The notes below the pieces were generated by a model. That model saw only the letters and a list, made by a program, of their open reading frames with translations, had not been told where the DNA came from and ran no database searches. Made by a program: the position numbers and the translations under genes. Shown here piece after piece: positions 47,739-60,989 of a DNA stretch of 64,000 nucleotides. Origin of the DNA: Phaeosaccion multiseriatum. Lineage: Eukaryota > Protista > Ochrophyta, other classes. The stretch covers positions 1,240,001 through 1,304,000 of the forward strand of contig OZ218965.1 of NCBI GenBank assembly GCA_965112735.1, written 5' to 3'. Every line of letters begins with the position of its first letter. Position 1 is the first letter of the stretch.

Positions 47739-50700
47739 ATGAGGTTTGGGGGCTTTGAGGGCAATGAGGTGAGCTTTCTTCGATGATACCATCCACGCGC
47801 ATCTCGCTAGGCTCATGAAGCCATAGCCATGGGGAGCTGAGGTGGTTCGCCGGTCGTGCTCCAGCCTTTTTCATCTCGCTCCCCGGAAAGCTCATATGCT
47901 CTGAGTGATTTTTTGACATGACAGCAGACTGCCCCGCCCCTGTTTTTGTTGCTGTGATGTCCTTGTCATCCACACTCTAACCCTCCTCCCACAAACTCCT
48001 CCTGTCGGACCACACACACACCAGGAGCGAGAGCTCCTCGATGCCATCGAAGAGGACGCCGATGGAGAGTGCGCAGACCGCCCCAATGCCGCCGTGGTGG
48101 AGGCGGTGCAGGCCTTCGTGGCAGCCAAGGGCTCCGAGGCACTGGACAAGCCTCTCCACCCGGGAAACATGACTGCCCTCCAAGCCGCCATCGCCGCTGG
48201 CAAGGGCGGCATCGTCCCCCTGCTCCTGGCAGAGGGTGCCTCTGCGGACGCGCACGACAAAGACGTGCTCCCCAACCAGGGCAGCCGAACTCCGCTAACC
48301 CCTCTCGCGATGGCGGCCGAGGGGGGAGACGAGGAGATGGTCCGAGCTCTGCTGGCAGGTGGCGCCACCGTCAACCTCGCCTCTGTCAAGGGCCACACCC
48401 CTCTGCTGCAGGTAACCAAAGCTATGCCTTGGAACTCCCTAATCATCCTGTTGCTGCTGCTACTGCTGCTGCTGCTGGACTTGTTAGTGTGCTGTACTAT
48501 CCCCAACCCACTGGCTCCTCCCTCTTCCTTGTGCTTGTGCTTGTAGGCGGCGATGAACGGTCACCCTGGTGTGGTAGGGCTCCTCCTCTCTGCCGAGGCC
48601 GCAGTGGACGTACAGAACGATGAGCGTTGCACTCCACTCATCATGGCGGCGTTAGAGGGGCACCAAGATGTGAGTAGCGGTGTTCGTAACCGTAAGCGTA
48701 CGTTGTGTAACCGTGTAAACCGTCTCAACGCAGTTGTCCTGTCTTCGTTTGTGTGCATCACGCACCACTCTGCCCACCACATGCTCTGGCGCCATTCATA
48801 CACACGTAACCTTACATACACCCGTGCCTCGTCACTCCCAATCTCTATCTCTCTCTCTATATATATATATATATCTCTCCCTCTCTCTCTGTCTCTATCT
48901 CTATCTCTATCACTCTCTCTGTCTCTCTCTCTATACTCTCTCTCTCCATCTCTCTCGCGCTCTCTCATCTGATCCTCATCTCTCTCTCTCTCTCTCTACA
49001 TATATATGTATGTCAGGTGGTGCAACAGCTGCTCGACGCCGGTGCCGACGTGAACCGAGCGAGCTCCACCACCCCCCTCGCCGCCGCCGTGCTGGGCAGG
49101 CAGTCGCACGTGGTTCACCAACTCATCAACGTAGGGGCAGACGTGGGCGGGGGGGGGCTCGAACCCACGCCGCTCTTCCTCGCCACTGCCGTGGGGGAAG
49201 AAGGGCTCGTGGAGACTCTGCTGGCGGCAGGGGCAAAGGCGATCGGCATGGGTCTGTTGTCCTTGGCGTGCGATGGTGGCCACGCGGCCATCGTAGGCCT
49301 GCTCCTGGGGGCCGGGGTGAAGGCGGACGAGTGCAGGGAGGGAGAGACACCGCTCTACATCTCCGCGGCCAAGGGGGACGCCGCGATTGTGGGCAAGCTG
49401 CTCGAGGCAGGGGCGGCCCCCGACGAGACCAAGAATGGCATGACGCCGCTCTTTGTTGCCGCCATGAAGGGACATGCCGATGCGGTGACCCTCTTGGTCA
49501 AGGGAGGGGCGGAGGTGGACCAGGCTAGCACGGAAGGCCTCACGCCCCTGCAGACGGCGGCGGCGGCAGGCCACTCCGACACAGTCAAGGCACTGCTGGC
49601 GTGTGGGGCCACGGTGGGGCAGAGGGGTCTGGATGGGGTGGGTGGGCTGCACTTGGCGGCTGCGGCAGGGCACGATGAGGTGAGTGGGGGAAGTGGTGAG
49701 GGTGAGGGGGAGGAGGGGAGGGAGGGAGAGGGAGGGGGGAGGAGGGAGGGAGAGGGAGGGAGGGAGGAGGGAAAGGGAAGGAGGGGTGGTGGTTTTTTCT
49801 TTCTTCCCATCTTACGCAAAAAGCTTTGGCATCCCGCAGCACTCGAATTCCCCCTGTGTTTCGTAGTATCCGACATGGGCTTTCGGTGATCGATTTTATT
49901 ATCCCCCTGCTGAAACCTAAAGCTATACGTAACCCTTACGTAATCTAAAGCATACGTAACCCTTCCGTACGTTCCTGCCTAACACGCACAGGTGGTGCGG
50001 CAGCTGCTCGCGGCCGGTGCTCCGGTGCACACACAGGATACACAGGGAGACACCCCGCTGTACAAGGTAGGTGACGTCATTATGCTTACGTAATGGTTAC
50101 GTACTTGTCGGGAGTGGTGTGTGTGTGTGTGTGTACGGAGAGGAGAGGTGTTGCCTCGCCTCACGGCTGTTTTAGGCCCCAGCCTCCCCCACTTCCGCCC
50201 CCTTCCCTCCCCGCACTGGCTCAGTGCCGCACGCATCCCCTCTGTGCCCCCCCCCCCCCCCCCCCCCCTTTCTCCCTTCCCCCTCTCTCTTACCTCTCCC
50301 CCGACTCCCTCGCTCCTCCCTATCCCACCTCTCCCCCTCCCCTAATACAAAACACTTATGTATATATATATCCTTCTCCCTCTCCTCCCGTCCCCTCCCC
50401 TCCCCTCCCCTCCCCTCCCTTCTCCCTCCCCTCCCCTCTCTCCTTCTCCCTCCCCTCCCCTCCCCTCTCCTCTCAGGCTGCACGCGTGGGTCACAGCGGC
50501 GTGGTGAACCAACTCCTCGCGGCAGGAGCCATCGCCAATGGAGAGGCGGGCGCAGCCGATGGGGCACGAGCCCTGGCCAAAGCCTGCTCCGAAGGGCGAT
50601 CCGCTTGTGTGCACGAGTTGTTGACATACCGCGCCGATGTCAAGAAGGCCATCGCACACGCGAGGAGGAAGAGCTGGCCGCATGTAGGGAAGCGACTCGC

Positions 50701-51148
50701 AGCGCAGGCCAAGGAGCACGAGACGAGGCAGGCTCAGCTTGAGGTGGTGCGGGTGAGGGACGCCAAGAAGCAGGCCGTGGACTTGGAGGCCTACTTGGAC
50801 GGTCTGCCCGTTGTTGGGCTCATGCGCTTCGTGGACGGGGCGCTCTTCCCGGGGGGGCCAAACGCTCGCCCGAGGGGGGAAGAGGAGGAGGGGGAGGGGG
50901 CGCAGTTGGGTGTACATGGCTACCAGCACCAGCACCAGCACCAGCACCGCCCCCAGCCGGGGCCTTGCATGGGTCAAGGACACCAGGGGGGGCATCAGCC
51001 TTGTTGTGGGGAGGGTCAGGGTCAGGGTCAGCAGGGTCATGATCAGGAGCGGTCTCTCGGGGAACGGGGTGTGCGTGCGTGCGTGCTCTTGACCATGGCG
51101 GAGGAGATGGTGGGGGGGACCTGTAGTGAGACGGAGGAGAGGCCGTGA
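47739..51148 (+). CDS. Multi-ankyrin-repeat protein (>10 repeats)
   Basis: Putative micro-exon 47739-47768 (MRFGGFEGNE), then ~48025-48411, 48547-48669, 49018-49679, 49992-50067 and 50477-51148, with repeated TPL..AA..GH..VV..LL.AGA.V motifs. Start and 3' end are tentative. Confidence 0.85.
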
Positions 51149-52826
51149 GGTACCAGGGAGGGAGGGAGGGAGGGGGAGGGAGGGAGTGGATGGGGGGGGG
51201 GGGGGGGGGGCAGAGGGAAGGAGAGGGAAGGGGTAGAGGAGGGCAAGTAGACAAAGAGAGGGACGGGGGGGTGGGGGGCAGATGGATGGCACTCTACTGC
51301 CTTAGGGTATACAAAGCAGCACACAGAAGGGCTTCGAAGAGAATAGGGATGGCAGCGCACTGCTTGATGGATGAAGTGGAGAAGGGGGGGGGGGGGGGGC
51401 ACAGGGGTGGTCAGAGGCCCTATGTGGACAGACACAGGGGTGTGGACTAAGCGGAGGATGGTGCGGTAGACAGACACTGGGAGGTATGGACTATCTGCGG
51501 TGGACAGACACAGGGAGGTATGGACTATCTGCGGCAGACAGACACAGGGAGGTATGGACTAAGCGGGGGATGGTGCGGTAGACTGTACGTAGCTGGACGA
51601 GGGAGTTCAACACAAACGGAAAGACAAGCCACAAACGGAATGACAAGGGAGCGTTTAACACAAATGGAAAGAGAGGGGAGCTAAACAAACACACCCGAGT
51701 TGCTTCTTGCTTCTTCGTCCCTGAGGTGGGGTAGGCCTCAGCGCTTGCATTGCCTTTTTTATCGTTGCCTTCGATATTTCATGTCGACATCGATTTATGA
51801 TCTCGATCTCTGTTCTCGCCGCGGTGTGAAGTAAGTCGAGCGAAGAGAGGGCGGGCGCTTAGAAGAGGGCATGGCACCACAACCCTCTGGTGTCCCTCTT
51901 GCCTTCTTCCATGTCCAACAACAGTCAGACAAGAGTCGGACAGCAGTCAGAGAGCAGAGCAAAGAGCTGGGAGGGCATGAAATGAGCACTGCTCTTCATC
52001 CTGCTGTCCATGGCACTGAGAGGAGTGTGTGTGTGCGTGCGTGCGTGCGTGTGTGCGTGTGTGCGTGTGTGCGTGCGTGTGTGCGTGTGTGCGTGTGTGC
52101 GTGTGTGCGTGTGTGTGTGTGTGTGCGTGCGTGTGTGGGTGTGTGCGTGTGTGCGTGCGTGTGTGCGTGCGTGCGTGTGTGCGTGTGTGCGTGTGTGTGT
52201 GCGTGCGTGTGTGCGTGCGTGCGTGCGTGCGTGTGTGCGTGTGTGCGTGCGTGTGTGCGTGTGTGCGTGTGTGCGTGTGTGTGCGTGTGTGCATGTGTCC
52301 GTGCGTGCGTGCGTGCGTGCGTGCGTGCGTGTGTGCGTGCATAGCTCATCACGCCAATGGGGATTGGGCGTAGTGGGTGTGTGGAGCGTGGAGCGTGGAG
52401 CGGGGTCCAAAGGGATGGGCGACCCAAGACGGTGGCGGGTGTGTCTACGCCCTCTGCAGGCCTAGTAGCATATATGCCAGGCGGAATACAACGGGGCCTC
52501 CTCGAATTATGTAGTAGTAGTAGCTGGCTATGGCTTATCTCCCTTTTGAACTGGCTGGCTACGGCCGGTGTGCTGAACGGCTTAGCGAGTCCCCCGTCCC
52601 CATCGCATTTAGGGCTTACGCGAGAAGTCAACAAGTAGGTAGAGAAGAAGAGAAAGAGGAGAAGCCACAGAATAAATGAACCCTTCTTCTTCCGTGTACG
52701 GCTACTATGGTGTAGTAGTATTATCAGTATCGTAGGCTTTCGGCCCTTAGGCTTTACCATCATTAGCTTTCGCCTGAGTATTTTGCACTTTCTTAGCAGC
52801 AGGCTTCCTCAGCTTTAGCTTTAGCT

Positions 52827-55519
52827 TTAGCTGCCCTCCCCCCCTAGTCCCTTTCTCGAGACCCTTTTGGGCGAGCCCCCTCGGGCATTCGCATTCGACC
52901 CCCCCCTGGGGTCCGCCACAACCCCCTCGGGCAGAGGCAGCTGCAGCGACAGCACCCCCCCCCCGCCCCCTGCGGCAAGCTTGTTGGCGGCCCTGAGGGT
53001 CTTGTTCTTGAGCTCGTCCCTCGTCAGGGGCCTCTCGTCGTCCTCCACCTCGTCCTCCTCCCCTGGCACATAAGGGGATGGCAGTGGATGGGCAGGGAGG
53101 AAGATGATGATGATGGTGATGGGAGTGGATGGGCAGAGAGAGAGATGGCAGTGGATGGATGGGCACGCGAGTGTCAGCAGGGTCGGTCCAGGCGTATGGG
53201 CACACGGAGGGGCACAAGACGCTTAAGGGCTGCCTCCCATCCCTCCCTCCCTCCCTCTTTCTCTAATGTGTACGTATGTGTGTGTATGTATGCATGTGTG
53301 TGCGTGTGTGTGTGTGCGTGTGTGTGCGTGTGCGTGTGTGTGTGCGTGCGTGTATGTGTGTGCGTGCGTGTGTTGTGTGTGCACGTGCTCTTCCCACCCA
53401 CCTGAGCTGTAATCGTCCCAACTCGGAGGCTGCACCACGAGCTTGCGGCTCCCTGTCGCTGCGGTGGATTGGGAGAGGGATGGCAGTGGATGGTGGTGGA
53501 TGGCAGTGGATGGCAATGGATGGCAATGGATGGCAGTGGATGGGGAGGGGATGGGGAGGGGCAGCGGTGTATGGATGGAGTGTCGCAGTGGGACGAGGGA
53601 GAGGGGGGGGAGGGGAGGGATGAAGCCACCGGATAGCAGTGGATAGAGAGGGGTGGGGAAGATGGCAGTGGATGGGGGTGGGGGCGTTACGTTACATGTA
53701 CAAATGTAGAGCGGGCTTAATGTCTGAGGGCATGCTCGCCACTTTCCTCTCTCTGAGCCTCTGTCTAAGGGCATGCTCGCCACTTTCCACTCTCTGAGCC
53801 TCTCTCTGAGGCTCTGTCTGAGGGCATGCTCGCCACTTTCCTTTCTCTGAGGCTCTCTCGGAGTCTCTCTCTGGTCCAGTCTTCCCCTTGCTCGGGCCCA
53901 CTCCCCTCCTCTCTCTACTCCGCCCCCCCCCCTCCTCTCCCTGCTCCAGCCCCCCACCCTCTCCCTGCTCCTGCCTCCCCCTCCCCTCCCCTCCCCTCTC
54001 TTGCCCTCTCTGGCCCTCTCTGGCCTACCTGGATTGGGAGAAGCGCTGCTCCCCCCAGCGCCTGCTCCCATGAGTCCCTCGTCGCTGCTGCCCCCGTTGG
54101 CTGCCATCCCCCCCTGTCCTGACACCACCTGTGCCTCCTCTGTGGGGCGTGAAATGTTCTGCGAGGACGCATACGTGGCGAGAATCTCTCCCGTTCGCTG
54201 CTCGATGAGGCCGAGGTACTGCAGCATGTTGGACTCCGTCACGCCTGTCACAGATGGCACGCGATGTGGGGGGGGTTGGTAGGACAGAGGGTGGAGGAGC
54301 AGCCAAGTGAGAGTCAGAGGGGTGTGGGGTGTGGAACATTTTTGTTCTTGTTTTGCGACTCTCACCAACCCCTGCCGACGCACCAACACACCCACCAATG
54401 CACTCCCTCCTCTGTCCCGACACCCCATACCCACCCACACCGCTCCGTCCCGACGCCATGTCCTGACACCGCTTACCCCTAACCACCCGCTGTCCTGACA
54501 CCACTTACCCCCAACCACCCTCTGTCCTGACACCGCTTACCCCTAACCACCCTCTGTCCTGACACCACTTACCCCCAACCACCCTCTGTCCTGACACCGC
54601 TTACCCCTAACCACTCTCTGTCCTGACACCACTTACCCCTAACCACCCTCTGTCCTGACACCGCTTACCCCTAACCACCCGCTGTCCTGACACCGCTTAC
54701 CCCTAACCACCCTCTGTCCTGACACCGCTTACCCCTAACCACCCGCTGTCCTGACACCGCTTACCCCTAACCACCCGCTGTCCTGACACCACTTACCCCT
54801 AACCACCCTCTGTCCTGACACCGCTTACCCCTAACCACCCTCTGTCCTGACACCACTTACCCCCAACCACCCTCTGTCCTGACACCGCTTACCCCTAACC
54901 ACTCTCTGTCCTGACACCACTTACCCCTAACCACCCTCTGTCCTGACACCGCTTACCCCTAACCACCCGCTGTCCTGACACCGCTTACCCCTAACCACCC
55001 TCTGTCCTGACACCGCTTACCCCTAACCACCCGCTGTCCTGACACCGCTTACCCCTAACCACCCTCTGTCCTGACACCGCTTACCCCTAACCACCCTCTG
55101 TCCTGACACCGCTTACCCCTAACCACCCGCTGTCCTGACACCGCTTACCTTGGTTTCCGAGCACCTCCTCCATGGTGCCGCTCGCACCTCCGCCCGACGC
55201 GATGCGCGTGAAGATCCCGTGGATGCCCGTCTGGCAGTGGGCGGATGGTAGGGGATGGCAGGGGATGGCAGGGCATGGCAGTCGATGGCAGGGGAGGGCA
55301 GGGGAGGGGAGGGGATGGTAGTGGATGGTAGTGGATGGCAGTGGATGGCAGGGGATGGCAGTGAGATGAGAGTGGACGGCAGTGGATGGCAGTGGATGGG
55401 TGCTTGAGGGTCGTGGGCACGGATCTGCGCAGGGCCTTTCATTCGTATGCATATTTCATCTCAGCAGCTCGGCAGGTCAGGTTGGGCAGGCAGCGTGTAT
55501 GGGTAGGCATATGGGCAGG

Positions 55520-55550
<31 letters not shown>

Positions 55551-55615
55551 ACAAGCAGGTAAACACCCCAATCAGAGAGAGAGAGAGAGAGCAGAGAGAG
55601 AGAGAGAGAGAGAGA

Positions 55616-55652
<37 letters not shown>

Positions 55653-57165
55653 AGAGAGAGAGATTTGACTAACCTTGAGTGCGTTGACGGTCTTCATGGC
55701 TGCCTGATATCGCGTGTCGAAGTCGTCGGCCTTGTCTTGGGTGCGAGCAAGCTGCTCCTCCAGCCCACGCAGCACCTGGGGAGGAGGGATGGCAGTGGAT
55801 GGGGGCATTGAGATGGGGCAATGAGTGCGATTGATATGCACATATGCACACACATTTGCGAGAATGTGCAGTACAGTAGTTCAGGCATATGGGCAGCTCG
55901 TACAGTAGTTCAGGCATATGGGCAGCTCGTATAGATGCATGTGATTGTAGAGAAGGGGGAGGGATATCCTCCTCTCCCACACACACACACATACATACGT
56001 AATTCTTAGGTTGATTCCTATACGTCCATTCCCCCTCTTCCTCTATGACTTTTAAAGGCTTTATCTTGGCTTCGTGTATCGTCTTCACACACGAGTCTGT
56101 AAGGATGAGACCGATACAAAGCCCCTTATATACAGTTGTAGCCTTATCACTCTCCCGAAATGAAGGAGGGGGGCATCCGTTTCCCCTTGGCCTCGATACC
56201 TAAACTCGACATCGAGTATCGAGTATCGACTACTCCAAATACTCCAAAACAAACGCTTGACTGACCTTCTTGCGCTGCGTGTCTGTGCTGACTCCCTGCC
56301 CCTTGTACTTCTCCGTCTCCCCTCTCGTCTCGCCGATCATAATCTCGAGCCTTTCGATCTCGGTATTGAGGTCGTTGATGTAGTTGAACAAGCTGATGGA
56401 TGGTTCCAAATGGATGTGTGAATAAGGGGGGGTCGGGATGATGAGGCAAAATCAGGTGTGTGGCTGTGAGCAGGCTGTCCAGCGGAACCTTGGCACCGTG
56501 ACAGTAGGGAGGGGGTGCGCAAACCAAACCGCTTCAAGACGGTGACAAGACCGCTTCAAGACGGTTACGAATGAGGGTGGTAGACGGACGGACCAAAAGG
56601 CCGCAGACCATGGACCAATGAATGGACGGACCGACCCCACATCCACTGCCATCCCCTCCATCCACTCCCATCCCCACCCCTCCCACCCCCACCCCATCCA
56701 CTGCCATCCCCACCTGAAGTTGCGCTCCTCGCTCTCCACGAAGAGAGTCAGTACCTCCCGGAGGCTTTCCGCGCCTGTCTCCTGTTGGATCTTCTGTAAC
56801 GCCGCCTCACACGTCAGCCTCCCCGCAGCCTCTCCCTCCACCCCCCCCTTGCCTTTCCCGCCAAGACCAAGACCAAGGCCCATCCCTAGCCCGCCCTCCC
56901 ACTCGCCGAGGACGCCCTTGTCCTCTCCATCCACTGCCATCCCTCCCTCCTCCACCTTGCTGGTCCCCTCGGAGGCATGGCCGGGCCTGCCTGTGGAGCT
57001 GAGCTGCCTCTTCCTCAGGCTCTCTCGGAGCTTCCTGTCGGCCTCGATGAGCTTGCTTAGCTCTCTCCACTCAGACTCGAACTCGTCCCTGTCTTTCACC
57101 GCCTGTTGCCTCAGCGCCACCATCTCGCTCTGCGCCTTGTCTCGAGCCTGTGTGTATCACCAACA

Positions 57166-57199
<34 letters not shown>

Positions 57200-57200
57200 C

Positions 57201-57231
<31 letters not shown>

Positions 57232-57488
57232 GAGGTGTCAAGGGCGGTGGAGGAGTGGAGGGGTGGAGGGGGGTGGATGGGGGTGGATGGGGGTGGATGG
57301 GTGGATGGGTGTGGATGGGTGTGGATGGGGGTTGGTGAACTTGTGTGTGAGTGCCTGCGAGTGTGCTTTCGTCCCCGAAACTCCCTCCATGCCTCCTAAA
57401 ATTCAGCCTGCCGCCTCCAAGAGCGAGCGAGTCCACGTACACACACACACACACACACACACACATGTTGGTGATACACACACACACA

Positions 57489-57524
<36 letters not shown>

Positions 57525-59173
57525 CTCTCTCTCACACACACATACACGCACCCACCCAAACACCCATTCCCTCACCCTGTCACCCCCCCACGCACGCACC
57601 CACTACCCCCCCCCATCCACTGCCATCCACCCACCCCTTACGTATCCTCTTATACCTGATAGGCGTTGTTACTGTCGTCGATGATGGCGCCCATCTCCTT
57701 CTTCTTCTCGTGCAACTCCCTCTCGAGTTTCTTGTAGATACCGTCGAACACCACCCTCTCCCTCCTGCGTTGGTAGAAACAAGTTAAGTGAGTCAAAGGA
57801 AAGCAAAGCGTTGAGGGTTGTGTGGAGTAAGTCAATGATTCAGTTTCAAGTCAGTAAACAAGTGCCACTCTTGTGTGGCTTAATATACTATGCCCAATAT
57901 TTCCCCTCACACCCCCTCGTTGCGTGCGTTACCTAGCGGCGTCGATCTTCTCCCTGAGGCCTTTGTTGAAGGAGAGAGACTCGTTGAACTTCATCAAAGC
58001 CTTGTCCAAGCGGTTCTCCAGAATGCGAATCTGCGGGGTTAGGGAAGCATGAGGGGAGGGAGGGCGGCAGAGGTTAACTCCTATGGCTTTATCGCTCCCT
58101 CTGTTTGTATGTATGAAACTGCATCTGAGGACTCCGGGTACAGATATACAGACAGATGAATGAGGCAAGAAACTGCATCAGAGGACTCCGGACACAGATA
58201 TATAGACAGATGAATGAGGCAAGAAACTGCATCAGAGGACTCCGGACACAGATATATAGACAGATGAATGAGGCAAGAAACTGCATCAGAGGACTCCGGA
58301 CACAGATATATAGACAGATGAATGAGGCAAGAAACTGCATCAGAGGACTCCGGACACAGATATATAGACAGATGAATGAGGCAAGAAACTGCATCAGAGG
58401 ACACCGGACACAGATATATAGACAGATGAATGAGGCAAGAAACTGCATCAGAGGACTCCGGACACAGATATTTAGACAGATGAATGAGGCGAGAAACCGC
58501 ATCAGAGGACTCCGGGCACAGATATATAGACAGATGAATGAGGCGACAAACTGCATCAGAGGACTCCGGACAGGCTGGGCGGAGGCTGTACGCTCCTCTC
58601 CAACCCTTGCGCAGATTTTTGAATAGGATGGAGTCGGTAAGCACAGATCTCCCCCTACGACAGCCCAGGCCAGAGGGGAGCGAAAGAACCCTCACTTCAG
58701 GCCTCCCTGAGCTGCTGTCGGTTTCCCAAGGTCTCGGCGTCTCCCCGTCTCTCTCTCGATGCTCCCTACTTCCTCTCTCGATGCCCCCTACTTCCTCTCT
58801 CGATGCCCCCTACTTCCTCTCTCAATGCTCCCTACTTCCTCTCTCGATGCCCCCTACTTCCTCTCGATGCTCCCTACTTCCTCTCTCGATGCCCCCTACT
58901 TCCTCTCTCGAATGCCTTGCCTGCTTGGTGATGAGTTCGTTGTTTTCGTGAGAGGCGTTGATGCCTCCCATGCGCTGCCGCTGCTCCAGCACCCTGAGAG
59001 GGGGAGAGGAGGGAGGGGAGGGAGGAGAGGCAGGAGAGAGGCGGAGCGAGTCAGAGCGGGCACCTTTCCCTTATGCATGCACCGCACCAGAAGCAGCGCA
59101 CGTACATACCACATACACACACACAGAGAGAGAGAGAGAGAGGTGGAGAGAGGGAGAACGAGAGAGAGAGAAC

Positions 59174-59205
<32 letters not shown>

Positions 59206-60097
59206 CAGACAGACAGAGAGAGAGGGCGAGAGGGGCCCTCCTCTTCCCCTTCGCTAAGCTCGACTACCCGCCACACGCCTCTTCCCCTCCCCCCCACTAA
59301 ACCCTCACCAAACACAGACATTTACCTCGCTTGTGTGGCGCTGACCTCCGCATCGAGCTGCTCTATCCTGCGCTTCTCCTTCTCGATCTTGCGTGCGAAG
59401 AGGTCTGCCTGGTCCTGCAGCCGTTGGATCTCCGCCACCGCGGCGGGGTTGGTCACGTATCTGGGGGTCAGGTCCGGGTGCGTGTGTGTCAGGGCAGGGA
59501 GGTCGCGGAGCGGAGCGGGTCAGACAAGAGAGGGTGGATCTTGCACAGCACTTGATACATACAGCAGCATATGTGACTAGCACAGCTGCCCTTCACCTCC
59601 CCCTGCTCCCCTCCTGCTTCATGCACTCGACTGTGGACTGTGGACTGCAATGCGTACAGTCATCTCGCAAGCCTGCCCTGGCAGACAGAGCGTAGCTATG
59701 TCAAAAACAAGCAGAGATAATTTGTGCCTCTGAGCGGTAGGAGGAGGCCGACCGTGAGATCTCTATCCCTTTCTCTAAGCTCGGCCTGGGAGGCTATTGC
59801 CCGCACTCCCAGCTCCCACCCCTTCTCGTCGTCACACCACCACCGACACCACAAACAAAAAGAGCAGGAACAAAACGAACGTCTCACCCTTTCCTCTTCC
59901 CTCCACTCGTGGCATGTCCTAGTATCTCCTCTCCTCCTCCCCTCTGTCCCTCACCTGGCCTCCCTGCTCTCCCTTGCCAAGTCCGTCTTGAGCATCTCGT
60001 TACCATGCTTGATGTCGTCGATGACTGCCCGCTGCTTCCGCACCCTGTTGATGGCATTGTCCTCGTACTTGGTGAGGCCCTTTTTCTGCCAAGACAT
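52827..60097 (-). CDS. ODA1: Outer dynein arm docking complex subunit DC2 (ODA1 / ODAD1-CCDC114-like coiled-coil protein)
   Basis: About 12 exons give RQRMGGINASHENNELITKQ|IRILENRLDKALMKFNESLSFNKGLREKIDAAR|RERVVFDGIYKKLEREL..., FVESEERNF|SLFNYINDLNTEIERLE, GVTESNMLQYLGLIEQRT and DDERPLTRDEL, motifs characteristic of ODA-DC2. ATG at 60097; last exon boundary tentative. Confidence 0.88.
54461..55148. repeat. 32-bp minisatellite x21.5 beginning at an ODA1 splice donor
   Basis: Unit TCCTGACACC(G/A)CTTACCCC(T/C)AACCACCC(T/G)CTG; starts at 54461, 54493, 54525 ... 55133. Confidence 0.95.
58116..58572. repeat. 54-bp minisatellite x~8.4 in ODA1 intron
   Basis: Unit AAACTGCATCAGAGGACTCCGGACACAGATATATAGACAGATGAATGAGGCAAG, period 54, no spacers. 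Confidence 0.95.
58750..58910. repeat. ~22-bp tandem repeat x~7 next to the GC donor
   Basis: CTCTCGATGC(T/C)CCCTACTTC units. Confidence 0.85.
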
Positions 60098-60564
60098 GGC
60101 CGCCCGCCTCTGCTGCTGCTGTCGCTACACCTTGTCGCCCCGCTCGTCACCCTGTCCAGATCAATCCGTGTATTGGGCTGCTTGCCGCTCGACCTCAGAG
60201 CTTGTCAGGGGGTCCCCCGAAGCTGGCACCTGTCCTCATAATCTGACCAAGGGAAAATGAGCTGCGAAGGGAGGCTTCCCAGGTATTTACTCTCTGGACA
60301 ACGAGAGAGCGAGAAACGAAGGTTGCAGTTTCGGAATTCACTAACTTAGGCAACCCCCACGAGACTGAAACTGAATCTGGGCCGTCTCAAGCAGCGACAT
60401 TTTTTTTTTTTAAGTACCCTGGCAAGAAAGCCCATTTGAAGGGACGGTGAGAAGCGACAGATGGAAGGCACACCAGTGAAGGCCTTCGGGGCTGGCCGTA
60501 CCAAGCAAGATGAACATAAATTGCACAGCCATAAAGCAATAAAGCAAGCTTCCTTTTCCCCCCG

Positions 60565-60599
<35 letters not shown>

Positions 60600-60989
60600 C
60601 TGGCGTCAGTTGCCTCAGTGTTCGGTTCACTTGTTGACCCTCAACAATGACGATACCCTATATGGAACCGTGCCAACTGTGGCGATATTGAGACCTCTGG
60701 CGGGGTCACTCCTACACAGCGTCACACGATGCGTCCACCTCCACCCGCCTTGGCTGCGACGCAATGCCGTTCCCCGCCCCTCCACTGCCATCTGACGGTT
60801 TCGTGCCTCTCTCTCTCTCTCTGCCGCTCCATGCCCCCCCCCACTCCTTAGTGCTGCCCCGTGTGGCGTGGGACAGGCAGTTAGTGCCTGATGCGCCAGC
60901 GAGTCACGCAGTTACTCCGTGCCTTGTGTCAGTCAGCCAATGCCTGGTATCAATCAGTCAATCAGTCAATCAGTCATTCCGTCATTCCG

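Noticed and set aside
58081-58695. Long ORFs through the 54-bp repeat (MNEARNCIRGLRTQIYRQ)n
   Set aside because: The unit length is a multiple of 3, so several frames stay open by chance; it lies inside an ODA1 intron whose flanking exons join without it.
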